Part shown: positions 1 to 10,125 of the stretch, piece after piece
How the letters are laid out: the number at the start of each line of letters is the position of its first letter
Position numbering within the stretch: position 1 is the first letter of the stretch
Source of the DNA: an uncultured Bacilli bacterium
GTDB lineage: Bacteria; Bacillota_I; Bacilli_A; RF39; UBA660
Reading direction: 5' to 3'
Assembly (NCBI GenBank): GCA_934096075.1
Contig: CAKOLN010000005.1
Coordinates: forward strand, 15,103 to 79,102
Length of the DNA stretch: 64,000 nucleotides
The notes under the pieces: model-generated
Databases searched by the model: none
The model's input: only the letters and a program-made list of their open reading frames with translations
What the model was told of the DNA's origin: nothing
Translations under genes and position numbers: made by a program

Positions 1-1599
1 ATATTTTATCTATAAACTCTTTTTCAAATACACTTTCAAGTAATCCAATTTTATAAGAAATACTTAAATAAACAAAACCACCCACTAATGCATAAAATAA
101 ACAAGTCATAAATATTTTAATACTTCCACTCACATTTAACTTTAAAAATAAGTTTATTAGAATAAGTACACATGTCATACTTAATATTGGTAACATACTT
201 TTTTTAATAGTATCTACTATTCCTTTAAAACTAAATCCTAGTTGTTTTTTTAATGAACTTAAACTTATCGTATAAGATAAAACATAACCAAGAATAGTCG
301 CGATTATCGCTCCATAAAAAGCATGAGTACCTAATTTCTTCATCAAATACATAAGTGGTACATCCAATATAGCATTAGTCAAAAAGCCTAATATAGTGCT
401 CTTATAAACCACTTTAAACATATTAAGACTTTGTAAAGCCATACTTATAACTATATATATACTTGCAAATAATGCTTGAAATGCTGTATATCTTAAAATT
501 AATGTTCCATATAAACTATAACCATAAAACAATGTATAAATAGGTCTAGATAAATAAGCAATACCCACACTTAAAGGTAAAGTACTAACGATAATAATAC
601 TTATTGCCTGATTAAACTTCTTATTTGCTTCAGTCATATCTTTTTTAACAAAACTACTAACCATATGTGGTATTAAACTAGTAGAAAGTCCTATCGCAAC
701 TGCATTAATTATCATACATATTTTAGGTGTCCAAGTAGAAATTATACTTGAAATAAGTTCACTTTCACTACCAGTATATCCAAGTTTATAACTAGCTTTT
801 AAAACTAAAGTCATATCAGTTAAACTATAAATATCAGTAGCAATACTAACTATAATTAAAGGTAATGCATAACTAAGTATCTTTTTAATTATTTCCTTAT
901 CACTTACTTTATCGGGTTTAGTGGAAACTTTAAATTCATCCTTATTCTTTTTCATTTTAATTAGTAAATAAATATAAGCAACTACTCCTCCAAAAAAAGC
1001 ACCAGAAACTGCAACACCCACACCTAAACTAACACTTTTATTTAGAACATTAATAATTATATAAGAACCCATAAGTATAACTGCAATTCTAACAACTTGT
1101 TCAATTACTTGACTAACACTAGAAGGTGTAATATATTTATGTCCTTGTAAATAACCCTTAGTAACAGATAAAAAAGGTATAATAAGTAAACAAAATGATA
1201 CACATCTAATAACAAAAGCAACATCACTTAAACTATTCCCACCACTTATATCACCAAGTATTAAAACTGCTATCTCTTTAGCAAATACAAATAAAACAAA
1301 GAATGCAATCAAAGCAATAATTCCTATAATTCTCTTAGCTAACTTAAATGATCTTTCTTTAGCCTCATACATTTCCAAAGTATTATATTCACTAATAATT
1401 TTACTAATCGCAACTGGTATACCTGCTGTACTAATATTTAAAAACAAATTATAAACATTATAAGCATAACTATATAATGCACCACCGCTTTCCCCAATAA
1501 TCTTATAAAAAGGTATAACATATAAAACACCTAATATTTTAACTAATATTATTGAAAAAGTTGCTATAAATGTACCTTCTACAAAAGAATTCTTCTTCA
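1..1599 (-). CDS. SpoVB-family MOP-superfamily flippase (polysaccharide biosynthesis protein), 5' part; C-terminus lies beyond the window edge
   Basis: Minus-strand translation from the ATG at 1597-1599 gives MKKNSFVEGTFIATFSIILVKILGVLYVIPFYKIIGESGGALYSYAYNVYNLFLNISTAGIPVAISKIISEY..., a multi-TM protein. The N-terminal pattern is typical of SpoVB/MurJ/Wzx-like proteins. The frame has no stop before position 1, and the ORF track omits it because it runs off the window. Confidence 0.55.
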
Positions 1600-2062
1600 T
1601 ATAACCTCTCAATCTATATAAATTATCATCGCACTAAAGCAATATATCTGTTCACTACTAAATATTCCTATACTTACTTGATACTTTATATCTATTATTT
1701 TCTTACTACCTATAGTCCTCAAAAAAGAATTCACCTTATTTTCTAAATCCTTTTCATGAGACTCATCAAATACCTTTACTGTATACATACTATTCACCAT
1801 AATCATTTTACAACTACTTATATAAATAATATGTCACATTATGTAAAACCATGTACATACATATTTTACCAAAATTGACTTAATAAATAAAGAGAACTAT
1901 TATAATTTCATTTTAATTATAACAATCAATTTATAACTTTGACATCATTAAAATATAAGAAAATGTCATTTTAATTCGCAAATTTTCAACATTTAATTTA
2001 ACATCTCACTGTATCATTTTCAGAAATATATAAAGTAAAAAAATTGAGTATTCAGAACATAA

Positions 2063-2434
2063 TTACACACTTTCACATTTCTTTTTATAAATTCTACCTA
2101 TTATTTCATATATCGAATATATTAATGCCATCATAACTAAAAAACCTATAACTAAAGATAAAATAGTATTTTTCACATTTATTACAACTATAAATGTAAT
2201 ACTCATAATCAAAGGATTAATAAAAGTTAATGTCCATTTAAGATTATTATATTTAATTTTTCTCATATCTAGATTAAACTTATTAACAATATAATTTACT
2301 TCTAAATATTTTTTACCATCTTTATAAACTACTCTTCTTTTATTAATAACAAATACATAAATTAAAAATAAAATTAAATAAGCAACAACAAAATATATAC
2401 TATTCGTAATCAAAATCTCTCTCATAAACATCAT
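2063..2434 (-). CDS. hypothetical small membrane protein
   Basis: The 123-aa ORF has hydrophobic helices and no recognisable motif. Confidence 0.3.
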   Translation of the reverse strand: MMFMREILITNSIYFVVAYLILFLIYVFVINKRRVVYKDGKKYLEVNYIVNKFNLDMRKIKYNNLKWTLTFINPLIMSITFIVVINVKNTILSLVIGFLVMMALIYSIYEIIGRIYKKKCESV

Positions 2435-2494
2435 CCTTATAAAACTATTATATTATTAATTAAATCTTATTTCAAGAGATAACAAAAGAGTATA

Positions 2495-4885
2495 TTATAT
2501 TTCACTAATATACTCTAATAACTTAAGAAACATTTTTATAAAAACTCCCTTTAATCCTTTAGCTCTTAATTTTCTAATAGATATTCTTTTCTTTCTTATA
2601 GAATTATCACTAAACAATATATTCGCTATGGTTTCTTTTAAAGAAGTTTCTATTTGCAAATCAGAAATAATATCATCAATATCTTCATTAATTAATCTGA
2701 CAGCATCTATTTCAATAGCTTTTCCACCACAATTAATTGTCAATTGTTGTGTAGTAGGTACATCCTTAATTTCTATTATAAAATCATTATCCGTTGTATA
2801 GGCATTATAATCTTTACTAAATTGTCCAATATTTACTTTAACATCTTCAGGATATTTAGTATTTCTAAATTTAATCTTATAATCTCTCTTTTCAGGAATT
2901 ATATTACTCTTACCATCAATAGGTCTTATAATCAAAGTGTAGTTATTCTTTCTATAATTGTAATCTATATTAGTTATGATATAAAAGCCTTCTTTATATA
3001 AATTAGACACCCCATCATCTTCATATAAATTATAAGAATTGCTACATCCAGGAAAAACTTGTATTTCCAACTCTTTAGGAGGATGTACATCATTTATATT
3101 ATCATTTTCTAATCTTGCAATAGGAATAATTGCACCACTTCTAGCATACACAGGATAATCTTCATCTCTATAAAAAGTTACATATCTTCCACCTGGAAAT
3201 TTTTTGCCTGTTTTTATATCATACCAAATTCCTTCAGGTAAAAACAACTTGTGAACTACCCTATTCATTATTGAATCTTTTGGCGTAGTTATAGGGGCAA
3301 CTAAAAGTTCTGATCCAAAATAATATTCATTTTTATATAAGGGTTCATCATATATTTCAGGATTTTCATAATAAATAGGTCTAATTAAAGGTACTCCCAA
3401 TTTTGAATATTTATAAGATTCAGTATAAATATATGGTATTAATTTATGTCTCATACGAGTATAATCTTTAACAATACTACGAGTATTGTTATCCCATTTC
3501 CAAGGCTCTCTTTTATAATAATGACCTTCTTTAGAAGCAAATCTAAATACTGGACTATAAACTCCTAATTGAACATATCTTGTATATAACTCTTTATCTT
3601 CTATTCCATCTTCATATCCACCTATATCATGACTCCACCATGAAAGTCCAATATTAGCACTCATAGAATTATAATAAGGTAAATATCTTAATGTTTTCCA
3701 ATTAACTTTAGTATTTCCAGAAAACATAACTGGATATCTATGTGATGCAATTAGAGAATTTCTTGTCATAATTAATCCCCTTCTTGTTTCTTTTCTAGAG
3801 TAATTCATAAAAGTATAATGAGTCAACATAAAAGTACTAATTTTATCTCTTTTCTTATCATCAAGCCAAAAATAGTCAACACCCAAATTAAGTAAATTAT
3901 CAATTACACTATTATAAAATTCATTTAACAAATCGGTATTATAAACATTTAATGGAATAACACTAGAATTAACTTTAGATATTTCTTTAGCTTTACTATA
4001 AAAGCTATCACTCTCTGTAAAACCTTTTTCAGTATTAAGCCTTAAACCTAAATATACTTTTCTATCATGCATTTTTTTTATTAAATTATCTATATTAGGA
4101 TACTTTTCTTTATCAAATTCATAACCATTATTACACCAACAATATCCAAGTAAAATAGATGATAATGGTATTTCTGATTTATCAAAATTATCCATTAAAT
4201 TTTCCACATCATTTTGATTGTAGTTTTCATTTTTATTCCACCATACACCAAGTGCATACCTAGGAGGTAAATTAGGATAACCTGTTAATTCAAAATAACT
4301 TTTTAGCGCCTTACCAAAATCCTTTCTATAAATAAACAAGTAAATATCAATGCCATCACTTGGATTCTTTTTTATAGAACCATCAGCAACAAAAACTGGA
4401 TTACCAGTATCATTTATTGTCGCAAAACCATCAGTTGAATACAATCCTTTTTCTACCTTAATTCCATGTTTATCCACATCAAAACTATATGCTGCACCTT
4501 TGAAATTTCTAACTTCAGGATGATTATAATACCAAACTTTATCTGTACCCACCAAACTAACTCTCATATTAGAATCAGGCACTAATTTACCTGCTTCAAA
4601 AGGCTTTTCTTTAGAATACTCCAAAATAAAATAATTATTTTGTATATTAAGAAATTTATCATCTTGTTTAACACTAATATTAGGTGTTTCACTAAAACTT
4701 CTATTCAAAACTTGTATAGTAGGATAATCATTAAATGTACCAGTTTCACTATATTCAAAACGAATTAAAACATCAGATAATACAGTAATTCTATATTTTT
4801 GTCCCTTAAATATATACTCTGGTTTAGAAAGTCCTTTATTAATATCAATTCTAAAATGATTACTCATACTTGCCATACTAACCAT
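2495..4885 (-). CDS. glycoside hydrolase family 31 (alpha-glucosidase/alpha-xylosidase-like), cytoplasmic
   Basis: The 796-aa ORF carries a WWSHDIGGY motif like the YicI-type GH31 acid/base region, plus GVDYFWLDD. There is no signal peptide. The RBS AGGAG sits at 4890-4894. Confidence 0.55.
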   Translation of the reverse strand: MVSMASMSNHFRIDINKGLSKPEYIFKGQKYRITVLSDVLIRFEYSETGTFNDYPTIQVLNRSFSETPNISVKQDDKFLNIQNNYFILEYSKEKPFEAGKLVPDSNMRVSLVGTDKVWYYNHPEVRNFKGAAYSFDVDKHGIKVEKGLYSTDGFATINDTGNPVFVADGSIKKNPSDGIDIYLFIYRKDFGKALKSYFELTGYPNLPPRYALGVWWNKNENYNQNDVENLMDNFDKSEIPLSSILLGYCWCNNGYEFDKEKYPNIDNLIKKMHDRKVYLGLRLNTEKGFTESDSFYSKAKEISKVNSSVIPLNVYNTDLLNEFYNSVIDNLLNLGVDYFWLDDKKRDKISTFMLTHYTFMNYSRKETRRGLIMTRNSLIASHRYPVMFSGNTKVNWKTLRYLPYYNSMSANIGLSWWSHDIGGYEDGIEDKELYTRYVQLGVYSPVFRFASKEGHYYKREPWKWDNNTRSIVKDYTRMRHKLIPYIYTESYKYSKLGVPLIRPIYYENPEIYDEPLYKNEYYFGSELLVAPITTPKDSIMNRVVHKLFLPEGIWYDIKTGKKFPGGRYVTFYRDEDYPVYARSGAIIPIARLENDNINDVHPPKELEIQVFPGCSNSYNLYEDDGVSNLYKEGFYIITNIDYNYRKNNYTLIIRPIDGKSNIIPEKRDYKIKFRNTKYPEDVKVNIGQFSKDYNAYTTDNDFIIEIKDVPTTQQLTINCGGKAIEIDAVRLINEDIDDIISDLQIETSLKETIANILFSDNSIRKKRISIRKLRAKGLKGVFIKMFLKLLEYISEI

Positions 4886-4899
4886 TCTCCTTTATTTTA

Positions 4900-4959
4900 C
4901 TAACTAAATTATAACAAAAGTATATAAAAAAAGAAATAGTATTTAAACTATTTCAATTT
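4900..4959 (-). promoter_or_regulatory. terminator hairpin (GAAATAGT-N6-ACTATTTC + T-run, minus strand) fused to an extended -10 promoter (TTTTGTTATAAT); copy A of a duplicated 60-nt module
   Basis: The minus strand reads gaaatagtttaaatactatttc tttttttatatac ttttgttataat ttagttag. The module lies between the stop of 4965..6305 and the start of 2495..4885. It is about 85% identical to 8131..8190. Confidence 0.5.
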
Positions 4960-4964
4960 AATAT

Positions 4965-6305
4965 TTATCTATCCATTGTTAACTCATCAACAATATTATT
5001 AATTTTAACAGCACATTCAACAATTTCTTTTTTCCAAGATTCTACTTGATCTTTAACACTAGAATAAATTCTATCATTTTCTACCTCTAATAGTTCAATC
5101 TCACTATCAATTTGTTTTTTCTCTTTACCCTTAAATAAACCTAAATGTTTTCTTTCTTCTTGTTTTTCTTCTATCTTTTTACGATTATCATTAATCTTCT
5201 GCATTTCTGGTAATTCTTGAGTTTGTTTTTCTAATGTTTCTTTTTTATTTAATAATTGTTTTCTTTCATTTTCTAATCTATCTTTTTCTTCTTTATGTTG
5301 TTCCCAATATTTATCAATTTTTTCTTTTCTTTCTCTTTCTTTTCTTTCTTGAACTTCCTTTTCAATTTGCGCTATTTTATTACTATATTCATCAATCTCT
5401 TTTTTTCTAGCATTTACTGCTTCTTTAGCTAAACTATAACTTCTAGCCCAATAACTACCATAAGATGTAAATTCTTTTGTATATGAACAACTATTTATAC
5501 AATAATTATGTATATGAATTATATTTTTATATCTCTGAATATCTTCTTCGTCATCATTAGTATCTACATCTATAGCAATTTTAAGTAGTGTTATGCAATA
5601 TCCAGCTTCTTCAATCATTTCCTTCCAAGCATAATCTCCAGGATGTCCTGTATCATCATCATTTTCAAAATCTTTAGTAATCTTATTATTCCAAGCATCA
5701 CATGCAGCATTATTCATAATAGTTGCTATTTGATCATTATAATTAGCAGGAATTTCTCCACCTTTTAATATATATTGAGATATAGCATTTAATATAGTAA
5801 GTCTATCACTTAAAAATAAATTAATATCTTCTTGTGTTGGATAATTAACAAAGTTTTTAGCTCTTAACCTTATCAAAGCTAAACCAAGTTCTTTTAATTC
5901 AGTTGCACCATCTTCACTAATTGCTTCCTTTTCATCTTCAGGTGCATAATCAATTGCTTTACCAAAACAATTAGCAGACTCATTAAATCTATTATTTGCT
6001 AATGTAGATTGCCATCCAGCTGCCTTTCCTTTAATAAACCATGCTTTATAATACTTTGGATCATTTTCTATAATTTTATTACAATAATCTTCAGCTTCCT
6101 TTAGATTTGATGCATCATAAGCATTCTCTGCCATTTCTAAGAAATTCTTAATATAATCACTATTATCAACTTTAACGGTACCTTCCACCATCATTTTCTT
6201 TGCCTCTTCAACAGAATACTTAGTACCACAACTTTGACATTCAAATAATCCTTCTTTTTTTACTAAATCAGTGCTTCCACACATTTCACACGTTATTCTT
6301 TTCAT
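4965..6305 (-). CDS. zinc-ribbon / TPR-like / C-terminal coiled-coil protein (YdjG-like position in a ydjGHI-like cluster)
   Basis: The N-terminus has CEMCGS...CQSCGT, a C4 zinc ribbon. The C-terminal ~130 aa are a K/E-rich coiled coil. The gene sits directly upstream of a membrane protein and an SPFH protein. Confidence 0.4.
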   Translation of the reverse strand: MKRITCEMCGSTDLVKKEGLFECQSCGTKYSVEEAKKMMVEGTVKVDNSDYIKNFLEMAENAYDASNLKEAEDYCNKIIENDPKYYKAWFIKGKAAGWQSTLANNRFNESANCFGKAIDYAPEDEKEAISEDGATELKELGLALIRLRAKNFVNYPTQEDINLFLSDRLTILNAISQYILKGGEIPANYNDQIATIMNNAACDAWNNKITKDFENDDDTGHPGDYAWKEMIEEAGYCITLLKIAIDVDTNDDEEDIQRYKNIIHIHNYCINSCSYTKEFTSYGSYWARSYSLAKEAVNARKKEIDEYSNKIAQIEKEVQERKERERKEKIDKYWEQHKEEKDRLENERKQLLNKKETLEKQTQELPEMQKINDNRKKIEEKQEERKHLGLFKGKEKKQIDSEIELLEVENDRIYSSVKDQVESWKKEIVECAVKINNIVDELTMDR

Positions 6306-6308
6306 ACT

Positions 6309-6965
6309 TTACTCCTTAACATTTTTATTAACAATATTTGCTTTTTTTATTAATTTAATCAAATCTTTTATATCTTTAGAATTTATATTATTTTTTAATG
6401 ATTTTATAGTATCATTAATCTTATCACTAAACTCTTTAGAACTATTATAATTACTCAAATTAGAAAATCTCAATTCATCTATTGCATTCTCTAATTCCTT
6501 TTTCAACTTATTATCATCAGTTTCTTCTTTTAATAGTTTTAACTCATTTAACCATTCTTTTACATTTTTAGTCTTATTTAAAACTTTTTCTTGATTAGAA
6601 ATTACATGATTTTTACCTGAATTAATAAGATAATAATCAATATAATAAACACAAATTTCCAAAACCGAAACAATGATTAATAAATTATTATCCATAATGT
6701 TTAAAAAATATAAAACTAATACTAGAGACAAAATAATACTACACGTTATATACTTTAAGATGACAGAAGAATTAAGAACATCTTTTTTTATTTCATTTTC
6801 TTTGTTCTTCATAATTAAAATCAAACTAACTAGTTCAAATAATAAATAAGCACCACACACTATTATAAAGTTAACTATACTTTTATCTATATTTATAACA
6901 TACAAAATTATAAACAAACAAATTAAATATATAATATTTGGAATTAAAATAACTTTCTTTTTCAT
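6309..6965 (-). CDS. membrane protein with C-terminal coiled-coil (YdjH-like position)
   Basis: The 218-aa ORF has three or four N-terminal TM helices and a charged coiled-coil tail. It is packed tightly between its neighbours, with a 3-nt gap and a 4-nt gap. Confidence 0.35.
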   Translation of the reverse strand: MKKKVILIPNIIYLICLFIILYVINIDKSIVNFIIVCGAYLLFELVSLILIMKNKENEIKKDVLNSSVILKYITCSIILSLVLVLYFLNIMDNNLLIIVSVLEICVYYIDYYLINSGKNHVISNQEKVLNKTKNVKEWLNELKLLKEETDDNKLKKELENAIDELRFSNLSNYNSSKEFSDKINDTIKSLKNNINSKDIKDLIKLIKKANIVNKNVKE

Positions 6966-6969
6966 TTAT

Positions 6970-8112
6970 TTACTTCCTTTCACTACCACAATTTGGACAG
7001 TACTTTCCAGAGTTTGTAAATTGATATCCACAATTAATGCATTTATCATTAAAACTTAATTTATTTCCACAATTTTCACAAAATTTTTGATTACTTTCTA
7101 CTTTATATCCACAATTTTCACAATATTTAATAGTGTTATTTACAGTGCTATTTAAATTATTTGCAAATGTTGCTCCAACAGTACTCCCAACTCCTGCCAT
7201 TATTCCCATACCTATACCAGCACTCGTAAAATTACCACTACCTTCATTCTCAGCCATACTTTTAGCAACATCAAAACTCTTTTCTTCTTGATAAGTATAA
7301 CCTTCATTCTTCCTTTTTTGCGCTAATCCTTCAGACGCAATAATAATCTTTTTCTTTTCTGTTTCTTGATTAATAACTCCAACTTTTTGATTTAATTCAG
7401 CTTCTGCTACATCAGCATATTGTCTAAAATGTAATTCTTTAAATTTTTCATATTGTTCATCACCATCAGGTTTAACAATAGTCGTAATAAAAAACTGTTT
7501 CAAGTTAATCCCGTATTCATTAAAATCAGGTATTAATTTTTCTTTTACTCCATTAGACATTTCTTCTAAATTTTCATCTATTTCAAAAATATTAATTTTA
7601 TTTTCTTTTATAAATTTTGATAAATAAGGTTTTAATCTAATCATAAGAAATGATTTAAAGTAAGAAACTAATCTATCTTTACTAATACCATACTCTGTAC
7701 CAATTAATTTAATCAATAATTTTTTAGCATTATCTATATCTATTGACATTTCACCATTTGCTCCAATATATATAGGAAAATTATAAGTAGGTTCCATATA
7801 TTGTATTTTAGTATCAGTACCCCATCTTATAGCTAAATGTTCAACTTTATTAATAAAGTATACTTCTGAATGAAATTGTGATACTCCATCAGTAGACAAA
7901 TTCATTAACTTTGTAATAACCGGTAAATTATCTGTTTCTAAAGTATATTTACCAGGTCCAAAACTATCTAAGGCTTGTCCATCCATAAAGAAAATTGCCT
8001 CTTGAGACTCATGCACTATTAATTGAGATCCTAAATTAAAATCTTCTATAGGATATTTCCATATAATTGTATCGTTATCACCTTCGTACTTAATAACATC
8101 ATATAATTTCAT
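6970..8112 (-). CDS. SPFH/band-7 domain protein (YdjI-like, 'virion core protein'-type) with C-terminal tandem zinc ribbons
   Basis: The N-terminus MKLYDVIKYEGDNDTIIWKYPIEDFNLGSQLIVHESQEAIFFMDGQALDSFGPGKYTLETDNLPV matches the Band_7_1/YdjI pattern. The C-terminus has CENCGYKV..CENCGNKL..CINCGYQF..CPNCG. The RBS is AGGAGG. Confidence 0.55.
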   Translation of the reverse strand: MKLYDVIKYEGDNDTIIWKYPIEDFNLGSQLIVHESQEAIFFMDGQALDSFGPGKYTLETDNLPVITKLMNLSTDGVSQFHSEVYFINKVEHLAIRWGTDTKIQYMEPTYNFPIYIGANGEMSIDIDNAKKLLIKLIGTEYGISKDRLVSYFKSFLMIRLKPYLSKFIKENKINIFEIDENLEEMSNGVKEKLIPDFNEYGINLKQFFITTIVKPDGDEQYEKFKELHFRQYADVAEAELNQKVGVINQETEKKKIIIASEGLAQKRKNEGYTYQEEKSFDVAKSMAENEGSGNFTSAGIGMGIMAGVGSTVGATFANNLNSTVNNTIKYCENCGYKVESNQKFCENCGNKLSFNDKCINCGYQFTNSGKYCPNCGSERK

Positions 8113-8130
8113 AAATGTTTCCTCCTAAAA

Positions 8131-8190
8131 CTAATTAAATTATAACAAAAATACATAAGAAAAGAAATAGTTTTTATACTATTTCAAATT
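8131..8190 (-). promoter_or_regulatory. copy B of the duplicated terminator + extended -10 promoter module
   Basis: The minus strand reads gaaatagtataaaaactatttc ttttcttatgtatt tttgttataat ttaattag. The hairpin overlaps the stop codon of 8179..8412. The module precedes the SPFH gene start. Confidence 0.5.
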
Positions 8191-8412
8191 ATCCTGTGTA
8201 TAATTCTTAAGAAAATACATAAGAGCTAAATCATACTCATTATCATTATCTAACCCCACATACATTTCTTTACCATCTCTAATAACAATTTTATTTATAA
8301 TAAAATCTTTTTCATCATCTTGATTAACCAAATAAGCATACTTGGTATCTTTAACTTCCAATGTTTTCATCTCAACATATTCCACACCATTAATATTCAC
8401 TGTCCCAACCAT
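8179..8412 (-). CDS. small acidic protein, DUF1292-like
   Basis: The 77-aa ORF has a GVEYVEM...YAYLV...EMYVGLDNDNEYDL pattern like DUF1292 proteins. Its start overlaps the stop of the upstream gene (ATGA). Confidence 0.3.
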   Translation of the reverse strand: MVGTVNINGVEYVEMKTLEVKDTKYAYLVNQDDEKDFIINKIVIRDGKEMYVGLDNDNEYDLALMYFLKNYTQDNLK

Positions 8413-9140
8413 TATTTATTAACTCCTTTAATCACATCATTCTCTGCAGAATTTAAAATTTCTATTTGTTCACTACATGCTTTAGCAAACGCTTGATAAT
8501 TTACATATCCATATCTAACTACTACTTCATTAAATGTTTCTACATTTGTAAAATTAGTATCTGTTTTACCAACCAATTTACTTAATTCTTTAACAATTAC
8601 CTTAAGATTATTATAATTTTCTGTAGATTTAAAATCATCTATTAAAATACTTCCTACTTTCATTTCATGAGTTATATCATATAAAGCATACTTTCTATTA
8701 ATTTCGCTCAATAAGCTTAAGTCTTTTGCAATTTCTTCTGGAATCATAACTTGTTTATCATTAACTTCTTTCCAATTTTTTTCATTATGATAAATTTGTA
8801 TACCCTGATTATGATAAACACCATCATAATCAATTTGAACTTGACTTTCTGGCAAAGTATCAATTCTACCTGAAAACTTATTTAAATGTAAAGTTCCAAT
8901 TAAAACAAGATGAGCAGCAGCAAATACTCCGGCTAAAGTTCTTTGAAGTTTAATATTTTTTTTAATTCTTTCTCTTTCTCTTTTTTCTAAACTTCTTCTT
9001 CTAGCTTCTTGATATTTTAGATAATCTTCTTGAGATATTTCCTTTATAGCTCGCATTCCCATACCTTCACGCAAAATTTGCTCACGTTCTCTTTGCTCTT
9101 GATTCTCTCTAACTATCCATTCATTATCCTTATACTCCAT
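8412..9140 (-). CDS. hypothetical protein (charged N-terminus, one TM segment)
   Basis: The 242-aa ORF has an RE-rich N-terminus and then LAGVFAAAHLVLIGTL. The RBS is GGAGG. Confidence 0.3.
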   Translation of the reverse strand: MEYKDNEWIVRENQEQREREQILREGMGMRAIKEISQEDYLKYQEARRRSLEKRERERIKKNIKLQRTLAGVFAAAHLVLIGTLHLNKFSGRIDTLPESQVQIDYDGVYHNQGIQIYHNEKNWKEVNDKQVMIPEEIAKDLSLLSEINRKYALYDITHEMKVGSILIDDFKSTENYNNLKVIVKELSKLVGKTDTNFTNVETFNEVVVRYGYVNYQAFAKACSEQIEILNSAENDVIKGVNK

Positions 9141-9146
9141 AACCTA

Positions 9147-9190
9147 TCCTCCATCTTGACTATATTACATAAAAAAAAGGATGTCAATAA
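9147..9190 (-). terminator. rho-independent terminator of tag
   Basis: The minus strand reads GTGTCAATAA aattaaata TTATTGACA followed by TTTTTTTTT. Confidence 0.55.
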
Positions 9191-9199
9191 TATTTAATT

Positions 9200-9760
9200 T
9201 TATTGACACTTATTTACATGATAAAAGCAATCGTCTTCATGTGAATTAATAATTCCGATAGCTTGTAAATAAGAATAAATTATAGTTGTTCCTACAAACT
9301 TCATACCTCGTCTAATTAAATCATTTGATATTTTATCAGATAAAATAGAGCTAACCTTATCATTTTCATAAATAATATCTTTTCCACTAAAATTAAGTAA
9401 ATAGTTTTTAAAACTACCAAATTCATTCTGAATATTTTTAAATATTTTAGCATTGTTAACACTTGCTTTTATTTTAAGTTTATTTCTTATAATATCTTTG
9501 TTATTTATTAGTTCTTTTTGTTTCTTTTCATCATATTTAATTACCTTGTCTATTTCAAAATTATCATAAGCAATCTTAAAACTTTCTCTTTTATTTAATA
9601 CACATTCCCATGATAAACCTGCTTGAAAAGATTCTAATATAAGCATTTCAAAAAGATACCTATCATCTAAATTAAGTACTCCCCATTCTTCATCATGGTA
9701 TTTAATATATTTTTCATTTTTTAAATTACACCATTTACATCTATTCATATTTACTAACAT
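9200..9760 (-). CDS. tag: DNA-3-methyladenine glycosylase I
   Basis: RCKWC...YHDEEWGV...FEMLILESFQAGLSWECVLNKRESFKIAYDNF...HEDDCF matches the Tag family with its zinc snap motif. Confidence 0.8.
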   Translation of the reverse strand: MLVNMNRCKWCNLKNEKYIKYHDEEWGVLNLDDRYLFEMLILESFQAGLSWECVLNKRESFKIAYDNFEIDKVIKYDEKKQKELINNKDIIRNKLKIKASVNNAKIFKNIQNEFGSFKNYLLNFSGKDIIYENDKVSSILSDKISNDLIRRGMKFVGTTIIYSYLQAIGIINSHEDDCFYHVNKCQ

Positions 9761-9899
9761 CTATTCCTTCTAATTCTAATAACTTTATTTTATTTTTAAT
9801 ACCTCCACCATAACCAGTTATCTTGTTATTTGCGCCTACTACCCTATGACAAGGAATAATAATACATATTAGATTAACATACTGCACCACACAAACCAT
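9741..9899 (-). pseudogene. ogt: C-terminal remnant of methylated-DNA-protein-cysteine methyltransferase (Ogt/MGMT), active-site PCHRV retained, N-terminal domain missing
   Basis: The minus frame gives MVCVVQYVNLICIIIPCHRVVGANNKITGYGGGIKNKIKLLELEGIDVSKYE*. Its stop overlaps the tag start codon. A stop lies immediately upstream in that frame. The adjacent 39-aa ORF (9874..9993) has no MGMT similarity. Confidence 0.5.
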
Positions 9900-10084
9900 T
9901 AATATAGTTTTTTAATTCAGTTAATTGAATATTATTTTTCTCTAAATAATTAATTTTATCATCTAATTTTTTTAAAATTCCTTCTTTATCCATAAAGATA
10001 GCCTCATATTTTAAATATATCACGAAATCACAAAATCTATATTGTAAATGTTGTTACTTTACAAAAAATCAATGTAATAATTAT

Positions 10085-10119
10085 TTAAAAAAACAAGTTA
10101 TAAACTAATATAACTTGTT
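10085..10119 (-). terminator. rho-independent terminator of the split amidase gene
   Basis: The minus strand reads AACAAGTTATA ttagtt TATAACTTGTT followed by TTTTTTT. Confidence 0.6.
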
Positions 10120-10125
10120 AAATAC

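Noticed and set aside
1609-1806. 65-aa minus-strand ORF between the flippase gene and the small membrane gene
   Set aside because: It is short and has neither an RBS nor a motif. It is probably non-coding promoter region of the flippase gene.
2744-3001. 85-aa + strand ORF inside the GH31 gene
   Set aside because: It is antisense to a well-supported 796-aa CDS. It is an I/F/L-rich translation typical of AT-rich antisense frames.
5100-5420. Periodic ttcttttctttc-type low-complexity DNA that could be mistaken for a repeat array or CRISPR
   Set aside because: It is the coding sequence of the K/E-rich coiled-coil tail of the zinc-ribbon protein. It has no direct repeats with unique spacers, and I saw no CRISPR array anywhere in the window.
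9874-9993. 39-aa ORF MDKEGILKKLDDKINYLEKNNIQLTELKNYINGLCGAVC considered as the N-terminal half of ogt
   Set aside because: It has no similarity to the MGMT N-terminal or HTH region and cannot be joined to the PCHRV fragment by a single frameshift. It is probably unrelated or spurious.
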